64,000 nucleotides of DNA from Lingula anatina (taxonomy: Eukaryota > Animalia > Brachiopoda), in NCBI GenBank assembly GCA_051362555.1, contig CM120643.1, positions 27,098,848 to 27,162,847 on the forward strand, written 5' to 3'. A program made the translations under genes and the position numbers. This document shows, piece after piece, positions 49,734-63,741 of this stretch (position 1 is its first letter; every line of letters begins with the position of its first letter). The notes beneath the pieces are model-generated. The model had not been told where the DNA came from. It searched no databases and was given only the letters and a program-made list of their open reading frames with translations.

Positions 49734-51792
49734 TACCAATGCACCAGAGCTCTATTTATGTACATGGTACCTAGTTGTCCGCTGAGATAAAGTACAATTC
49801 ATCCTGTTATCTTCTCTAGTCATCTCGCCACGCGTGCCACCTTCAATAATGTCTGTGTGCGTTATTTGCCGTATAGCCGGTGTCATGTACAAGAGATGGC
49901 TCTGTGAAAACAGCTAGGGGGCAGCTCTATCGCGTATTACACATTGTTACACTAAACATGATCACGGTGGTTCTTTCTTATCCGCGGGTGATTTAGTATT
50001 GAGTCAATATTGTGTTGAGAAAAGAGATTATGTTTCTAAATCAGGAGCCTCTGAGTAGCCCACGTTTTGTTAGATACACAGGGAAAATAGAAGGGACCCT
50101 CATTCGTATTCGCTTATCATTTTTTTCAAATTATATGATTATTCTGATAAATCTATTTTTATATCAATTTATCAAATTTGTGTTTATTTACTCTTGCCTT
50201 TCAAAGTATGCCATCGAATATATGTTAAATACTGTATAATGGAGAATAAGACGTCTTCTGCTGTCACAGTGAAATGCACATATGCTTTATTCATTGTAAC
50301 GTATGCATCTACATGGATAAATGAAAATGTACAAAAGGAATGCAAATATAAATAAATATGAATTAAGTTAAGTAGTGATATTGTACGACTCCTTGTATGA
50401 AAAATACAAAACATATTTGGCAGAGCCCAAATGGCTCTACCTACTCAACTGGTAATGGGTGCAGCACAGTCCCTTTTTTGGAAGGCTAACCATAAATATT
50501 TGGCAAGAGCAATAATATGTTAATCCTTACCAGTCATTAGTGTTTTAAATTTGTCCATTCTGTTTAGATGCTCAAAGTTACTATGTTGTTTTTTGTATAC
50601 TGAATAAAGATCATATCGGAGGTCTGCATAAAGGGGGCATGACACTAGGAAATGGATTTCATCTTCTATTTCGCCAGAATGGCACTTTTTGCAAATTCTG
50701 TCTCCTTGGGGAATTTCGTATACTACATGTAGTTACCATACACATTGAATTATACATCATACTTTATGATATTCCAGGTGAGGGCTCTTATGTCTGTCCT
50801 GGCCCCGACTACAAGCTGTTCGAGCACCCCGCCGACTGTGTATTCTACTGGGAGTGTAATAAGGGGGCCGCCAGCGTCAGGAGTTGTAACGGAGGCATGT
50901 TCTTCCAGGTAGATACCACCAATCCTTTTGGCGGCAAGTGCGTGGCCTATACAGAGGTCAAAGAGAGCTGCTCAGTACGCGGAAAACGCTACACAGGTAA
51001 CGTGCCGTTATGTTCTTTGTTTTCTTCGGTGATAAAGTGCTTCCTTTCCTTTTTTGAAAAAAGAAAAAAAACACAATATGACTATAAAAATGAAAAAAGA
51101 TAAAAAGGTGACCCAATAACAGAATGAATAGACAAACACACGTGAATGGATAAATGTATCAACAACATTTTATCAGTTGCCGCTATCTCAAAACAGCTGC
51201 GAAATGGTCATCTTTCGTCTTTGGAAACGTTTAACAATTTTTTATTTCCACTGCAAATCTGAATCTGATGTCTATACTCGATTATTCCGTGCATGGCTTC
51301 ATAAGCATGAATACATTTCTGTACCATTTACTAAATGCAGATTAAGAGAAATGAAAGGGTGGAGGAGTTGTTGAGAGTTGTTGTGTTAGAGAAGATTGCA
51401 TTTTTTAGCAGTTATTGCATCTGTCACAAATCCCTTCACTTCAAGTGTAGGTTTAAAAAAATCCATCTGGTCCTTTAAAGACACGTGCAATAACGGATAG
51501 GTTATGGTTCAGCCTATATTGTATTATAACGATGTATTTAAGACCTATGTTTGTGTTTTTGTTAACAGAGGACGAGAAAGAAGCCCTGAAGAATTCCACA
51601 CCAGAACCTTCTGCTGCTCCTACCTCCGGTGCCACCAATGCTCCATCCGGGGACCAGGCGACAGGCGGAGATGCTGGCGGAAAATCCAGCGGAACCGGAA
51701 GTAGCAGCGATTCCAAAAGCGGCAGTTCACGTTTGTTCCTAGATGTCGCATCTGTCACAGTTCTTATTGCCTCTGTAATGCTGTGGTATTAG
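47347..51792 (+). CDS. Secreted chitin-binding protein 2: two CBM14/ChtBD2-like domains, Ser/Gly/Thr linker, hydrophobic C-terminus (probable GPI signal), 240 aa
   Basis: Exons 47347-47407, 48388-48606, 50778-50996, 51569-51792 with phase-1 introns. Signal peptide MGCLKFALAAFVVTVIISETVA; FTCRGFPDGLYADPKNCTKFYQC; HPADCVFYWEC; tail LFLDVASVTVLIASVMLWY. Confidence 0.92.
47713..48220. mobile_element. 508-bp segment bounded by a perfect 30-bp inverted repeat (MITE-like)
   Basis: TTTGGCATGAGTTTAAACAATGCAAACACG at 47713-47742 and its reverse complement at 48191-48220; no clear TSD. Confidence 0.7.
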
Positions 51793-54477
51793 ATTTATAT
51801 AGTTTTACTTTTTCAAATATGTAAACTTTAATTTTGCAATGCGCTTCCATAAGATCCAGGTGGGAGAGCAATATGTGTGACAGTCCATGTATTTCATTTG
51901 GATTTTTACATATGAAAACGCCGCAACCGATGCCAATTTTTTACAAATATATTATTTGTTTCTCATGTACATTGCTTATCAGTCAAATAACTAAAGAGGT
52001 GTTTATTTATTTATTTATTTATTTACTTATTTATTTATTTATTTTTATTGTTCCCGAATGTATAAGATGCATTTTATACAAGCTACCAGTATACCTACAA
52101 AATGTAGAATAAGACGGTTGACCTCTATCCCAGAATGTCACGATATTGAGCATTCTTTATTTGTAATATATTTAAACATGAAATACTTTCTGAATTTTGG
52201 ATAATGTATTGTAATTATTCAGTGAAAAGTGCACGTTAAAATAGAATGTTTTCGTGCAAACTGCATCCCTTCTTGTAGAAAGATGTTTGTAGGTTTTTGC
52301 ATTTACTAGTAAGAGGTAAATAAAAATGTGTACAATTATTGTTTTTGATCGTAAATCATATTAAAAAATATAAAATGTGCATTAAGATTTTATTATTATT
52401 TTATTATTATTTATTGTTGTAATTATTTTTTTATTTTTTATTATTAGTCTACATTCACTATATTCAGATATGGTCTCTAATTTCCTTTCCTTCTTATATC
52501 TCTTGCCTCTTCCTCCTCGCCTCTCTCTCTCTCTCTCTTCTGCCACACCCTTCTCATTTATCTCTCTCTTTTGCATTCAAGCTATTCTAATTAAGGTAGC
52601 TCACCAAAGAAAATTTACGTTACGAAAAACAACCAAGGAATCACAACAGCCCCTTATGCATAAGTCGTCATCATTAATTACCTTTATTCTCGGTAACTGT
52701 TCACGTGCCCGCTCACCTTCACTTCTCACAACTACACTTACTTACTCGATGGAAGGTTTACAGAACTACAGGAAAAGGCGAAAGCGCCTCAAATTTGCCG
52801 AAAGAGACGGTAAGATAGCAATCGATTTAGTATATATATAAATATCGCGCTTTGCCTCAGCATGAATTCGTCTCATCTTTGCCTGTGCAATTTGTTTTAA
52901 CCCAAACAACTTTGGTAGCTGGACTCCAGGCACCGCGGGATGGCGGCCTTCAGTGGTGTACTGCCTAGAGTTTACAAGAGGTACGACAGGGGTATTTCAG
53001 TGTTTCATCTTCGTCGAGGATATAGTTTTTATTGGGATATTTCTATCATTCCATATACTAATAAAATAATAAGATCTAAATACTGATATCATAACTATCT
53101 GCATGTAAATAACAAAATGAGCTAATACCTGTACATGCATTAGCAACCATCTGATTAACATAAAAAGATAATGGTAAGTTATAATCATGTATCAATATCC
53201 TCATACCGCCGAGGGTGATTCAAACAAACCAATATCCATTATGTTGGTTTGGGGCTATAATGAACAAATACACCAATTTTCATCAAAATCTGAGAGGGTC
53301 ATGTGCCACCCTATTCTGAACCTTACAGAGACTGCTAAACGATGTGCGGAAACAAATACTACACACCAGTCAGCATAAAAACAATCCAAGCAATAAATGA
53401 CCCAGAAAACAAGTGCCATTTATCCAAAAAAATATCCATTTCATGAGATAAATAACCTTAATTCAATTTATTTACATCTGAATGAGTTCGTAGTTTAGCA
53501 GTCACCGCTACTGCGCATGCGCAGATGGTCTTTTTCGCGTAGTTTTAGCGTTGATTGTTTTTAATGTAATTTAACCATTTTGTGTTTTGAAAAAAATTTT
53601 ATTTCTTTTTTTGGTACCTGAATATATGCTGTAAACATCTTGTATAGCCATCTTACATAACTACGTCGGCCATACGAGTTATTTGTCAGTGAATATGGGG
53701 TTACCTGAACATTTTATATAGAAAAGCATATGGGAGAAAAATTTCAGGCTTAAATATAAAACGCTCTAAAAAATAAATTATTTTAAATATGCAACTTTTC
53801 GGGCTCAATTTATTAGTTTTTAGCATAGTTCTTCACAATAATTTAAAAGAAAACAAAATCTGGGAGGGTCATGTTCCAATGCCCCTATGTTATTTTTCTG
53901 ATTCTTACAGAGACTGGTACTTAACAGTTTAATATACCGGTACTGATGTGGTAAAAGTTCATCACACAGATTTATTTTTATCACTCATACGGGGAGATAC
54001 CTCCGTACTAAAAATCCACTGAGGTATCATATCTAGTAAATACATCTCAAGCAAAAACTTTTTAAAGCATATTATGAAATGCTATTTTCAATGTCAACCC
54101 ACTTACAGACCTGGTATTTAATATGGAATATTTTATTTTCAAAGGTGTGTGCAGGTAAAAATGTGCTATTTATTTCCAAAACATGTATCTCATGTGAATT
54201 ATGAGGATAGATAAATGTAAAGTCAGGTGTGTCAGTAACAATTAACTGGCTGCCTTGTCTGAAGCGTTGCTGCATTACGTAATGTGTGGTGATTTCCTGG
54301 GGTAGTGCTCTTTTGGCTGGTCTTTGTATGATTGCGGCAGGGCATGGTTCAGTCAAAAAAAGTTTCAATATTTGGCAAAGAATGCACAGATGATTTTGAA
54401 ATTTTGCGTATAAGTAGCGGACGTTACTCTGAGTAAACTGGGCGCGGCAGAGTATTACAATGTACATCATTGTTGAT

Positions 54478-54910
54478 ATGCACCAGAAAGACATTGCCAA
54501 ACAGATTATTGTGTCGCAAGGAACGCTCCACACAGTTTTACAGAGGTATGCCCAGCCTGGTGTATCTTCACACAGGCCACGCCCAAGTCACTCAGACCTT
54601 TCCACGGGAAAACAGGATCCATTGTTTTTAAGGTTTTTCTGCTACAAACAGATAAAGACAAGTGCTTCCCTCCAGAATGAAGGGCAAATTGTCACCAAAA
54701 AGTCTTTTCCAAGCCAGACTGGTTTAAGCAGGTTACTATACCAGGGGACCGCTGAGGGACCCTCCGTGAACACCGCAATATCATCGACCAGCTACTGCGG
54801 CCATCAAAATCGCTGGATTCGAAGACTATAGACAATCTTTGGGTAGCCACTATTGCCTAATCTACGGCCTAACGGACCTACGTGTACAACACATATGAAC
54901 CAAAGTGGAC
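54478..54910 (+). pseudogene. Degenerate Tc1/mariner transposase N-terminal (HTH) remnant
   Basis: MHQKDIAKQIIVSQGTLHTVLQRY...RPRPSHS...QD resembles the Tc1 HTH plus GRPR region; frameshifted afterwards. Confidence 0.6.
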
Positions 54911-56529
54911 AAGGTCCGATCGTTGCCTGGAATATTATCCCTGTTTAAACTCCAGAGAACCTGTCATAAATAATGCCTTGCCGCCAGTAGCCCCAGTAGC
55001 AGAAAGATGAGACCAGACGCACCAATGGTCGTTGCTGTGACTGGAATCTGATATAAAACCTTGTTTTCATTCATAACTTGAAAAAAGTAGAAAAAATCAA
55101 AGTAAACTGATTTGCAAAAAATATTCAAATTAAATGTCAAGTGTGTATTAACGTGAAGAAAAGATAAAGGAAAGTTATATCTACAGTTATGTATACAGTA
55201 TAATATAATATAATGATTTAATAAAGTGAATCACACAGGCTTATGCTGTTTTCATTGCAATGAACATATATAAGATATAAGGCCTACTGTGATACTACTG
55301 ATTTTCCAATGAGGCAACATACTAGTATCTAAGAATGTGTGAGTCAAGTACCTGCGGTGTTTTAACACGTATTGAGTTTACTTCAAACAACGATACGATC
55401 CAAACAATGCATTTCACAATTGTAACGATTTTAAGCTTTATGAAGTTTTGTTCTTTTGTGATCATTCATCAAAATACCAATGACTTCATTTGCGCAATTT
55501 TACAAGACGTATAAAGCTAAAGACGGTAGCGCTGAAATCAATGCCGACTCACAAAAAGCACTTAAAGAGCCGTGCCGCCAATCCAGCACTTGTCCCGCCA
55601 CAGACACACTCGACGTGCGGTGCTATAAAACCTCTGGTATAACAGATATTTCCATCAATCGCACCAAAGTGGATATCAGCTAGAACTATTCACTATACTG
55701 TAGACTGCGGAGGAGGAGGAGGAGGAGGAGGGGGCACAAATATTCCTTTTTTTCTGTCTATTAGAAGTATATTACCGTTCTTTCAGAGTCTACAGCAGTC
55801 AAGTATCCTATACAAACTACTGGCATGCTGCAACCCAGGCATTTTCTCTCAGGTTATTGCCCTGTGTATCGTGTATGTGTGCGTGTGCATGATGGCTAAC
55901 GTGATAACATCAGATATACACAAAAGCACAATAATTATGTACATATGTGTGTAAAAATATCCAAGAACAAATGAAAAACGTCCTTCATTTACAAGTATAT
56001 TGTATATAAATAAAGCTGTATGGGTTATTATTGGAGTTGAAAAAAGGCCTTAGTGATATCACAAACTGGGCAGATTTCCCGGAAGACGTGTTCCCACATT
56101 GCACGTGCAGCCATGTCCCCACACGACCCGGTCTCAGACCATACATAATGCACGAGCTGAAATGGAAGTTCACCCCTCAGTGCCACGAGTTTCCAGGTCC
56201 GCGGTGGGTTCAGTAACAAGGTATTGATTGCAGTGTGAGATGCTTTCTCTATTGAATTAAGACTTTTGATGAGTTCCCTCGCCTGCTGCCCCTCTGCTAC
56301 TGGCGGCACGTGGGAGGTTTGCCAAAATGTTGAGAGGCAGGAATCGACCTGACGCTGCCTCAGAATTTACCACCTGAGAGAGGGAGAGAGAGAGAGGAAG
56401 AGATGTTCTTTGTAGAAAAATTCAAATATAGGCATACAATGCACGTTGGGCTTTAGTATTGCAAACAATCTCTCTTTATCAGCAAGTACATCCTCTAAAC
56501 AACCGTTATAGAAATTATGAAGTCGAGGT

Positions 56530-56735
56530 CCCAGGTACCCCGCCTCTGCGGGTCACGTGTTCCCACTGTGGGTGTGGTTCTCTATAGGTAACCCCACCTC
56601 TGGAGGTCACGTGTTAGTATTGAGGGCGTGGTTCCCCAGGTAACCCCACCACTGATGATCACGTGTTGGTATTGTGGGCGTGGTTCTCTAGGTAACCCCA
56701 CCTCTGGAGGTCACGTGTTAGTATTTGGAGCGTGG
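56530..56735 (+). repeat. ~52-bp minisatellite, about 4 copies
   Basis: AGGTAACCCCACC...TCACGTGTT...GGGCGTGG units; CACGTG at 56554, 56608, 56660 and 56712. Confidence 0.88.
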
Positions 56736-59700
56736 CAAACCCTTTCTTGGCAGCAATATTTGTCTGTGCTTCATTTTCTCTGTCTGTCTACTCTTCCTTC
56801 ACAATTAAATAGAAAGAAAGAAAGAATGAAAAAGTACCAGGAGAGTTATACTTCCCGTATCAAATTTCACCTTGAACTCCTAAAAATGGCATCTTAATTT
56901 TCTATCGTGACGGGCAATATCAGACATCGTTTCAATCATTCCAGCAACATTTCCAGAAAAAGTGATTGTGAATACCTCTGTGTGCATCTTTCCGAGCGTC
57001 TGTAAGGTCTTGCAATCCGCACACAGAGGTGTTCCTTTATCACATTTAGCCGCCTCAAGATACAGCTAAGTGCTCGCTAGTGTATGCATGCGGTGTATAG
57101 CAGAACAAGAACCTGGCTTTGATCAATAGATACACTAAACGAAATCCACGGCTGCTGATTTATTATCTGTTTCTTTTTTGTTTTCTTTTTTATCTTTGTG
57201 AGGAAAGATTATAACCAAAAACATATATATCACAAACTATCTATTTGATTTATTCTAAATCGGTATACTCCGAAATTTTATTGCATCATTGATTGATGGC
57301 GCAATCATTTATAAGGGAGCTATTTATATGGTGTAGAGCGTTGACCTGTTCAAACAGATACACAAAATACCTGTTGTTTTATTTTAAACTCTTCCACCAA
57401 AATGTCAGGACACGAAGGTCGCTTTTAACAGCCGTAATTGCCGGTCTGAGAGGCTCGGGTTCCGAACACAACGCGAAGGAACAGTTGCCGGTGTCTGTTA
57501 TACCTTGTAAGCTACAGTAACGATAGTATAGGTAGCGTACACATAAACTGCGATTAGACGAGAGAGAATCGCGGTAAATCCAAGCGGCTGCGTGGTGATG
57601 GGTTTTGCAATTATGATCGATACTGTAGAGTTTGGTGAAAAGAGGACTCCTGCTATTTGTTACGGCACATTGAAAGATACGTCCGTATGTTGAGTGCGTG
57701 CAGATGTGCGAGGTAAATGAAACCCTCGGGGTATTTCACGCAGGCAGTTGCAAATATCGCAAAGAAGATGTTACGACAACTGACGAACAACAAGAACGGC
57801 GTGATGTTACGTGCACCAGACGTTTTGGCAAACGGTGCAATATTCATTGTTTGATCAATTAGGATAGTTCAGTGTATTTTACCTCCTAAGGACGGAAAAC
57901 GTTTACTATAAAGGTGCAAGCATATTGAAAGTCGGTAAAAATGTCAGCGAAGTTACCACTGATGAAGATCGTGTGGGAGTACTCTAGACTATTTGCTGTG
58001 TGAGCACATGGATAATTAATTTGAATTTTTTTATGCGTAAATAAAATTGATTGCACAACAATATTTGTGCAGTTAATCACATTTTTCATTGAGGAGGAAG
58101 AGCGATACATTTTCACTGGGATGTACGAGTATATCTGAGAAAGAGAAACACGATCAGCAAAGAAGGACAATATTATATTTATTAACAAGTGAACACTTTT
58201 TGTGCCTAAGAAACTCTTGCTACCAGAGATGACAAGACGCCACGCAAGGTAAGACATTTTCATCGTCATTCAATGTACAATGCACTTTTTAAAATGATAA
58301 TGCATTTAGTGACAATTCTCTTATCATAAATTTAATTGACATTGCCAGATTTTATTGATTGACCATTGTCTTGGGCAATCAGCCGTATCAGTTAGCCTTA
58401 CGGACAGCGGTCATCTTTCAATGCCAACATTGGAAGTGAGAGTTCAGCCAACGGCCAGTGAGAAATGGACAAGACAGGGAGTGTGAGATGAAAGATAAAG
58501 AATAATAGAGAATGTGTGGGATAAAGGGTGTGTTACAGTGAGTGACTATGGAATAATAATAATAATAATAATAATAATAAACGCGGCATTATGTGTGGCA
58601 ACAGCACAGGGGATATTTTTCATCATTTAAATCTAAATATATCACATCTAAAGTTAAATGTTACATACAGGTAGATGAAAATTATTGTCAAGGGGTGGCG
58701 TTGGGGTAGAGGAGTAACCTAGAATAAAGGGGGTTGGGGTGGCGGGGTGACCAAGGATAAAGGAAATTACTTGTCGCTCAGAAAATACAAAACAGCAACC
58801 GAAGACAATTTTAGAAAAAAAAATATGCAAGGTACAAGGATGAAAATTTGCTTGATTTTGTCTCCGTTTACTAGTTATTTTGTTAGGTAAACTGTTTTGG
58901 GAAGGAGAAGGGGGACTTTTAACATGGGGTGGGGGGGGGGGTGCTCGTTGTGTCCCTTTGACCCGCCATTGTTATATGAACACTACAGGATGATTGAATA
59001 ATGCAAAACTATCACTTCGTTGGTTTTCAGTGTACTTGTCACCTACTGCTTACAGCTAAACTGTTCGTGCTCTGTACCGTCGGGACAGCAAATTTATTTA
59101 CAAGTTCTATCTAATTGACCGTGATGACGTCCTTGCGTGGAATTAAAATGGCTGTAGGCGCTTGAAATTTCTGTTTCCGCTGTCCATACCGTGCTGCATA
59201 CAAACGGGGGTTTAATCTCAATTTACACTTGCAGTAACTATATAACCCATTCGTCTAACTTGTCAACAATACCAAACCAACACTGCAGGGACAAGTTAAG
59301 GCAACACTGGAAAGCCACACCTGCAACGACCAGACAAATACATATCAGTTACAAAAGAGCACCACATCAGCTATTACAAAACAACAACACTCATACGACT
59401 TCTACTACTGCCATTACTTATAAAAATAAAATAATAAAATAACAATAAATTAGCAGCCAAATTTCGGTATAGAAAACAACCCTCCGAAGTTTCTACTTCA
59501 TAAATTCTTCACCAAATCGTGTAAAGCCGTCCTAAAACAAAGCCACTTAAACATCAAAACATCAACATTATTGACTGATTAGAAAAGTGAAATGAAGGCA
59601 CCTCCAATTACTTCATCAATGTTCAGTGCTACCCGTACTGTTCACACGGAGATGACTTACAATACTCCACACTATAGCCGGATAGACGGCATGGAAAGCA

Positions 59701-61226
59701 ACCAGTTTTAAAGGAAATTACCAACATAGTCTAACAGCTCTAGTGAATCTTTTAATTGATGCTTAATACATTTCCCGAAAAGAAGCTTCTTTTTTGACTC
59801 TGCAAATTCACCTGAAGCATCCTTAGGTATCCCTTTCAATCTGATACTATTATCAGGTTACTGATATGAACGACCCCCCCCCCCCACAACCCTCACCCCT
59901 TGGGGCCTGTCTGAATCTGCTGCTGCTTGATCAGGTCAAGTAAGGACAAATATAAGAAACTGAATTACAAGACAAAAACGAGAGTGCAAAAAAGAAAGAC
60001 AGTTGAAGAGATAAGTTTAGAAAGGATAAATTATTCATATTTGACAGATCCGCCATTTTATCATCCCCCATGACGGCATTAGGTAATATTGTACCTGTAT
60101 TAATAACAGCGTGTTGCGCAAACTGTCTATTAGATGAACATAAAACACAGCTATTCTGCCATTTGGCTGGGTAATTATCATTAACTTTACAAATAACCAA
60201 CAGAAAGTGCTTCGTTATTGCTCATATAGTGTGGAGAGATGTGTTGGTTTAATGTATATTGATGAGAAGAGTTCATTAGCCGAGAAATCCCCAAAGTTTT
60301 ATTTTTTACTGGTAGTTTCACGTACACTTGCCAAGAACGATGTAAACAAATGTTTCTGGGTTTTGAAGAAAATGGGCTTCCATGATCGTTTAATATTTTT
60401 GTTCATGCATATTATATTATATTATATTATATTCCTTTGGTCGATCCATGGGTTTAAACATAAGTTTATCTCCTTAAATTTTTATTCCTTCTTGGAAAGA
60501 CTACGTGCAGGACTGAACCTGATAGTTTGATCAAGGGAAGCTAGGGCGCTTTGGTAGATCTAAAGTTTGTCAAGCAGGAAATATGTTCGAACCCCTAAAC
60601 AGATCTGTTTAAGAAAGCACATCTTCAATAAAAGTCAAATTTAGACAGGTAAGATGAATATGGAAGGAAATGTCCAGCCACGAATAAAGTAAAAAAGGAA
60701 AGAAATACATGGATAATTAACTGCGCGTGATTATTTTTCCAGTGTAATTTGTGCGTTTGACTCTGAAATTGTTAAAATAGTGGTACTCAAATGTGCAGTA
60801 TTCTAACAGATAATATATTTTGGTGAATATATCATACTCAATGAACTTGAGTGTCTCAATTGTTTCCTTTAATCATATACTCTAATCGATTAATTGGTCA
60901 ATTACTCCCACGACACAAAGAAAGGAAATAGAATAGGTTGTTTTGTGTAATTCACTCGATGAATCAAGTATAAGTTTGATTGATTTAATGCTGGGCACTC
61001 ATTGACATAAAAAATGAAAGCCCTCTCTTCACATAAGTTAGGATACGTCCCTGTGGAGGCAAATGGACAATGTGCCTCAGTTCGATGAACACCTCAAATT
61101 CATCACTACTGTATTTATCATAAATATTTAATTTTTACCGGATATTTTCATTTACACAGCATCTTATTTATGCCATTTTTCATTTGTTTGTCCCTGTAGC
61201 CTACAACAGTCCACACGTGGTGGCTT

Positions 61227-61497
61227 CAGGGCCGTAGCCTCCCGGGGGGGGGGGGGGGGGGCAGCTGCCCCCCCCCCCCCCCCTGGGGTTTGAGGTGCAA
61301 ATATGGCAAAATGGCAATATGAACCCACAATTTTTGGCTTCTGATTGAGCAATAAATAACAGTTAAAATGCACCAGAATGCAGTATTATACATACAGTTT
61401 TTAAAAAATTTCCACACCCACACCCCCCCTTCGGGTGCTTCGCCCCCTCGTGTCCGCTTACTGCCCCCCCTGGCATTTTGCTCAGGCTACGGCCCTG
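61227..61497 (-). mobile_element. MITE family C copy 2 (5-bp TSD GGCTT)
   Basis: Same TIR and terminal regions as 45233-45503 in the opposite orientation; GGCTT on both flanks. Confidence 0.9.
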
Positions 61498-62189
61498 GGC
61501 TTTATTTCTAAATCTAATACAATGGAACTCTAAGAACACTCCTCGCAATGAACTCGCCCTATACTACAGGTACATGTACATGTGAAATTAGACATGTTAG
61601 ATAACTCAGACAGATCGAGCCAAGTAAACTGTAACCTATATCAGCATCCACGTAATAGCCGAAAAGTGGGCGAAATTATCGCACTTTTCAAAGAAAGCAC
61701 CTGGCAGAGTTAACACGACGTGTCCTCCGCCACGTGGGACCTGCAGTGCACTATGTAATAGATAGACCCCGAATCAGCGAGGGTTATGTGGCATACACGA
61801 GTGCGTAGCACGAGTGGATGTCACATAACTCCCGCTGACGAGGGGTCTGTCTTATTAAGACCACGGTCCATGAACGGGTTATAACACATTCATGCGAGAT
61901 GTGCGGTTATGCGAGTTACACCACGTCTGAGTCTTTTGTTCTTCACTTCCACCGTGGTCTAATTCATGTTCAGTATTATACCTGCAGGGGTTCTTACTTC
62001 AGGCTGATTGGACGTGTTCTATTGTTCTGCAGATGTTCCAAGCAGTTTTTCTCCACAAATACCTGGCAGTGTAACAGGTGGGAGGCGTGCAGCTTCCTCA
62101 GCTTTAAGCTAAAGATATTACACGGAATGCTATCTTCTGAAGGCCTGATATAAAACTCAATGTCGCTTGGGAATCCTGCTGGTCTGACT

Positions 62190-62190
62190 A

Positions 62191-62225
<35 letters not shown>

Positions 62226-62860
62226 TAATAATAATAATAATAATAATTTATTGAGCACAAAGAAATTGTTTAAATTCACAGGTTCTCTAACTAATACATC
62301 TATAAAATAATTTACGTAACAAACTATGCTCATCCACGCAGGGATAAACGCTTTTTAAATGCACTGTTTACTAATTTACATATGGCACTCACAGAGACTG
62401 CGCAGAGACTGGATTAAGTAAAATAGATACGTAGTATATTGTCTGTTGGACCCTGCAAATTCACCACTGGTATGCAGGCGAACAGTATTTCCCGTTCGGC
62501 TCTGTGTTCACTGTGCTGCATTCTGCAGAAAAACAAGTGTGCTTCATCTTCTATTGGGTCGCAGTGGGGGCATTTCCTTTTGTCTATTGGCGTCTTTGGT
62601 TTTGTATATCGCCCTCTTTCAATTTCTAATTCATGATCACTGGTCCTCATTTTTGCTAAGACTTTTTTTTAGCTAAAGGAACATTGAGTTTTACATAAGG
62701 TTCAGCCTCATAAGTATATTTAATTTTTCCATATGTTCCGAGTTTATTGTTTTCTCCTTTCTGCAATTCTTCCAAAAATTTTGACTTTTTTACTATTTCT
62801 ATTGATATGGGGTTAAATAATCCCATTTAATTTTTGTAAGCAATGTCTCATCAGGCATTA
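62190..62860 (-). mobile_element. 5'-truncated non-LTR retrotransposon (LINE) 3' end with (TTA)n tail
   Basis: LEIERGRY...RKCPHCDPIEDEAH is typical of the C-terminal zinc-finger region of LINE ORF2. On the minus strand AATAAA is followed directly by a (TTA)n tail. Confidence 0.8.
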
Positions 62861-63741
62861 GTCTGGACACAAAAGGAAAACGTAAAACTCCAGTTACATT
62901 TTGAGATGAATTTTATTAAACTGAAACATTTACATGATACCCACCTTTGATGACGCTGTAATGATGAAAGGTCCAATATGGTTGGCAAAAACACACGAAT
63001 TGCCTTCACAGACAGATATGTCTGCATGCACTCTGTTCAATAAGTGCCCATGATTTACATGTAGTCGCAAGCTCTTCCAAATCTAATTAAGCCTGTATAT
63101 GAGTGAGTAGAAACCGTGTGTGTGGAGAGAGAGAGAGAGAGAGAAAGAAAGTAGCACACACACAGAAAAACAGCCTCTGGTCGTTATCCCCCCCCCCCCC
63201 CCCCCCGTGCCTCCTAGACAGGCAGTATCACCTCACTCCTGGTTAGAGCTATCTCTACCTGAACACCCGGTATACCGATGCACGTACCTACATGTACTTG
63301 GTATAACAGAGCACCGTGTGTTTCAGGCTCTACATTTATCTCTTATGTACTTCTCTGTTCATGTTCCAAGTTTAACTTTCCTTTATTTTTTTTTTTTCAC
63401 TTTGAGTCTCTTAGTAACACACACCTAGCAAGGTCACGGAGTGGGCCAAAGTTCTGTAGGATACAACTACAATTTTGTGTAGAAGGTGAAAAGTTTAATT
63501 GTATAACATGATCAGCAGATTACACAGATGAATTTCCATCAGAGCACATATTTGTTGTTTTACAGAATTGATGGCGCAGAATCTATGTTTCAAAGGAAAT
63601 AAATATCGCAACGGTCTGGAATGTTACGCAAGCAACACACCGACGGTAAGCCGTCGACCACACATGGAACCAGATATATCAGTGAAAAAGACCGCACACA
63701 TACCCTGCTTATGCAACTCGTTCAAAAATAAACTGTAAAGC

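Noticed and set aside
56255-56373. Possible minus-strand terminal exon (VVNSEAASGRFLPLNILANLPRAASS...) after a polypyrimidine tract
   Set aside because: The tract is a GA microsatellite and no upstream exons could be linked.
57650-58270. ORFs of 64 and 127 aa
   Set aside because: No motifs or exon structure recognised; possibly decayed repeat.
59460-59860. Possible LINE ORF1 remnant (NSIRLKGIP) on the minus strand
   Set aside because: A single short motif; insufficient evidence.
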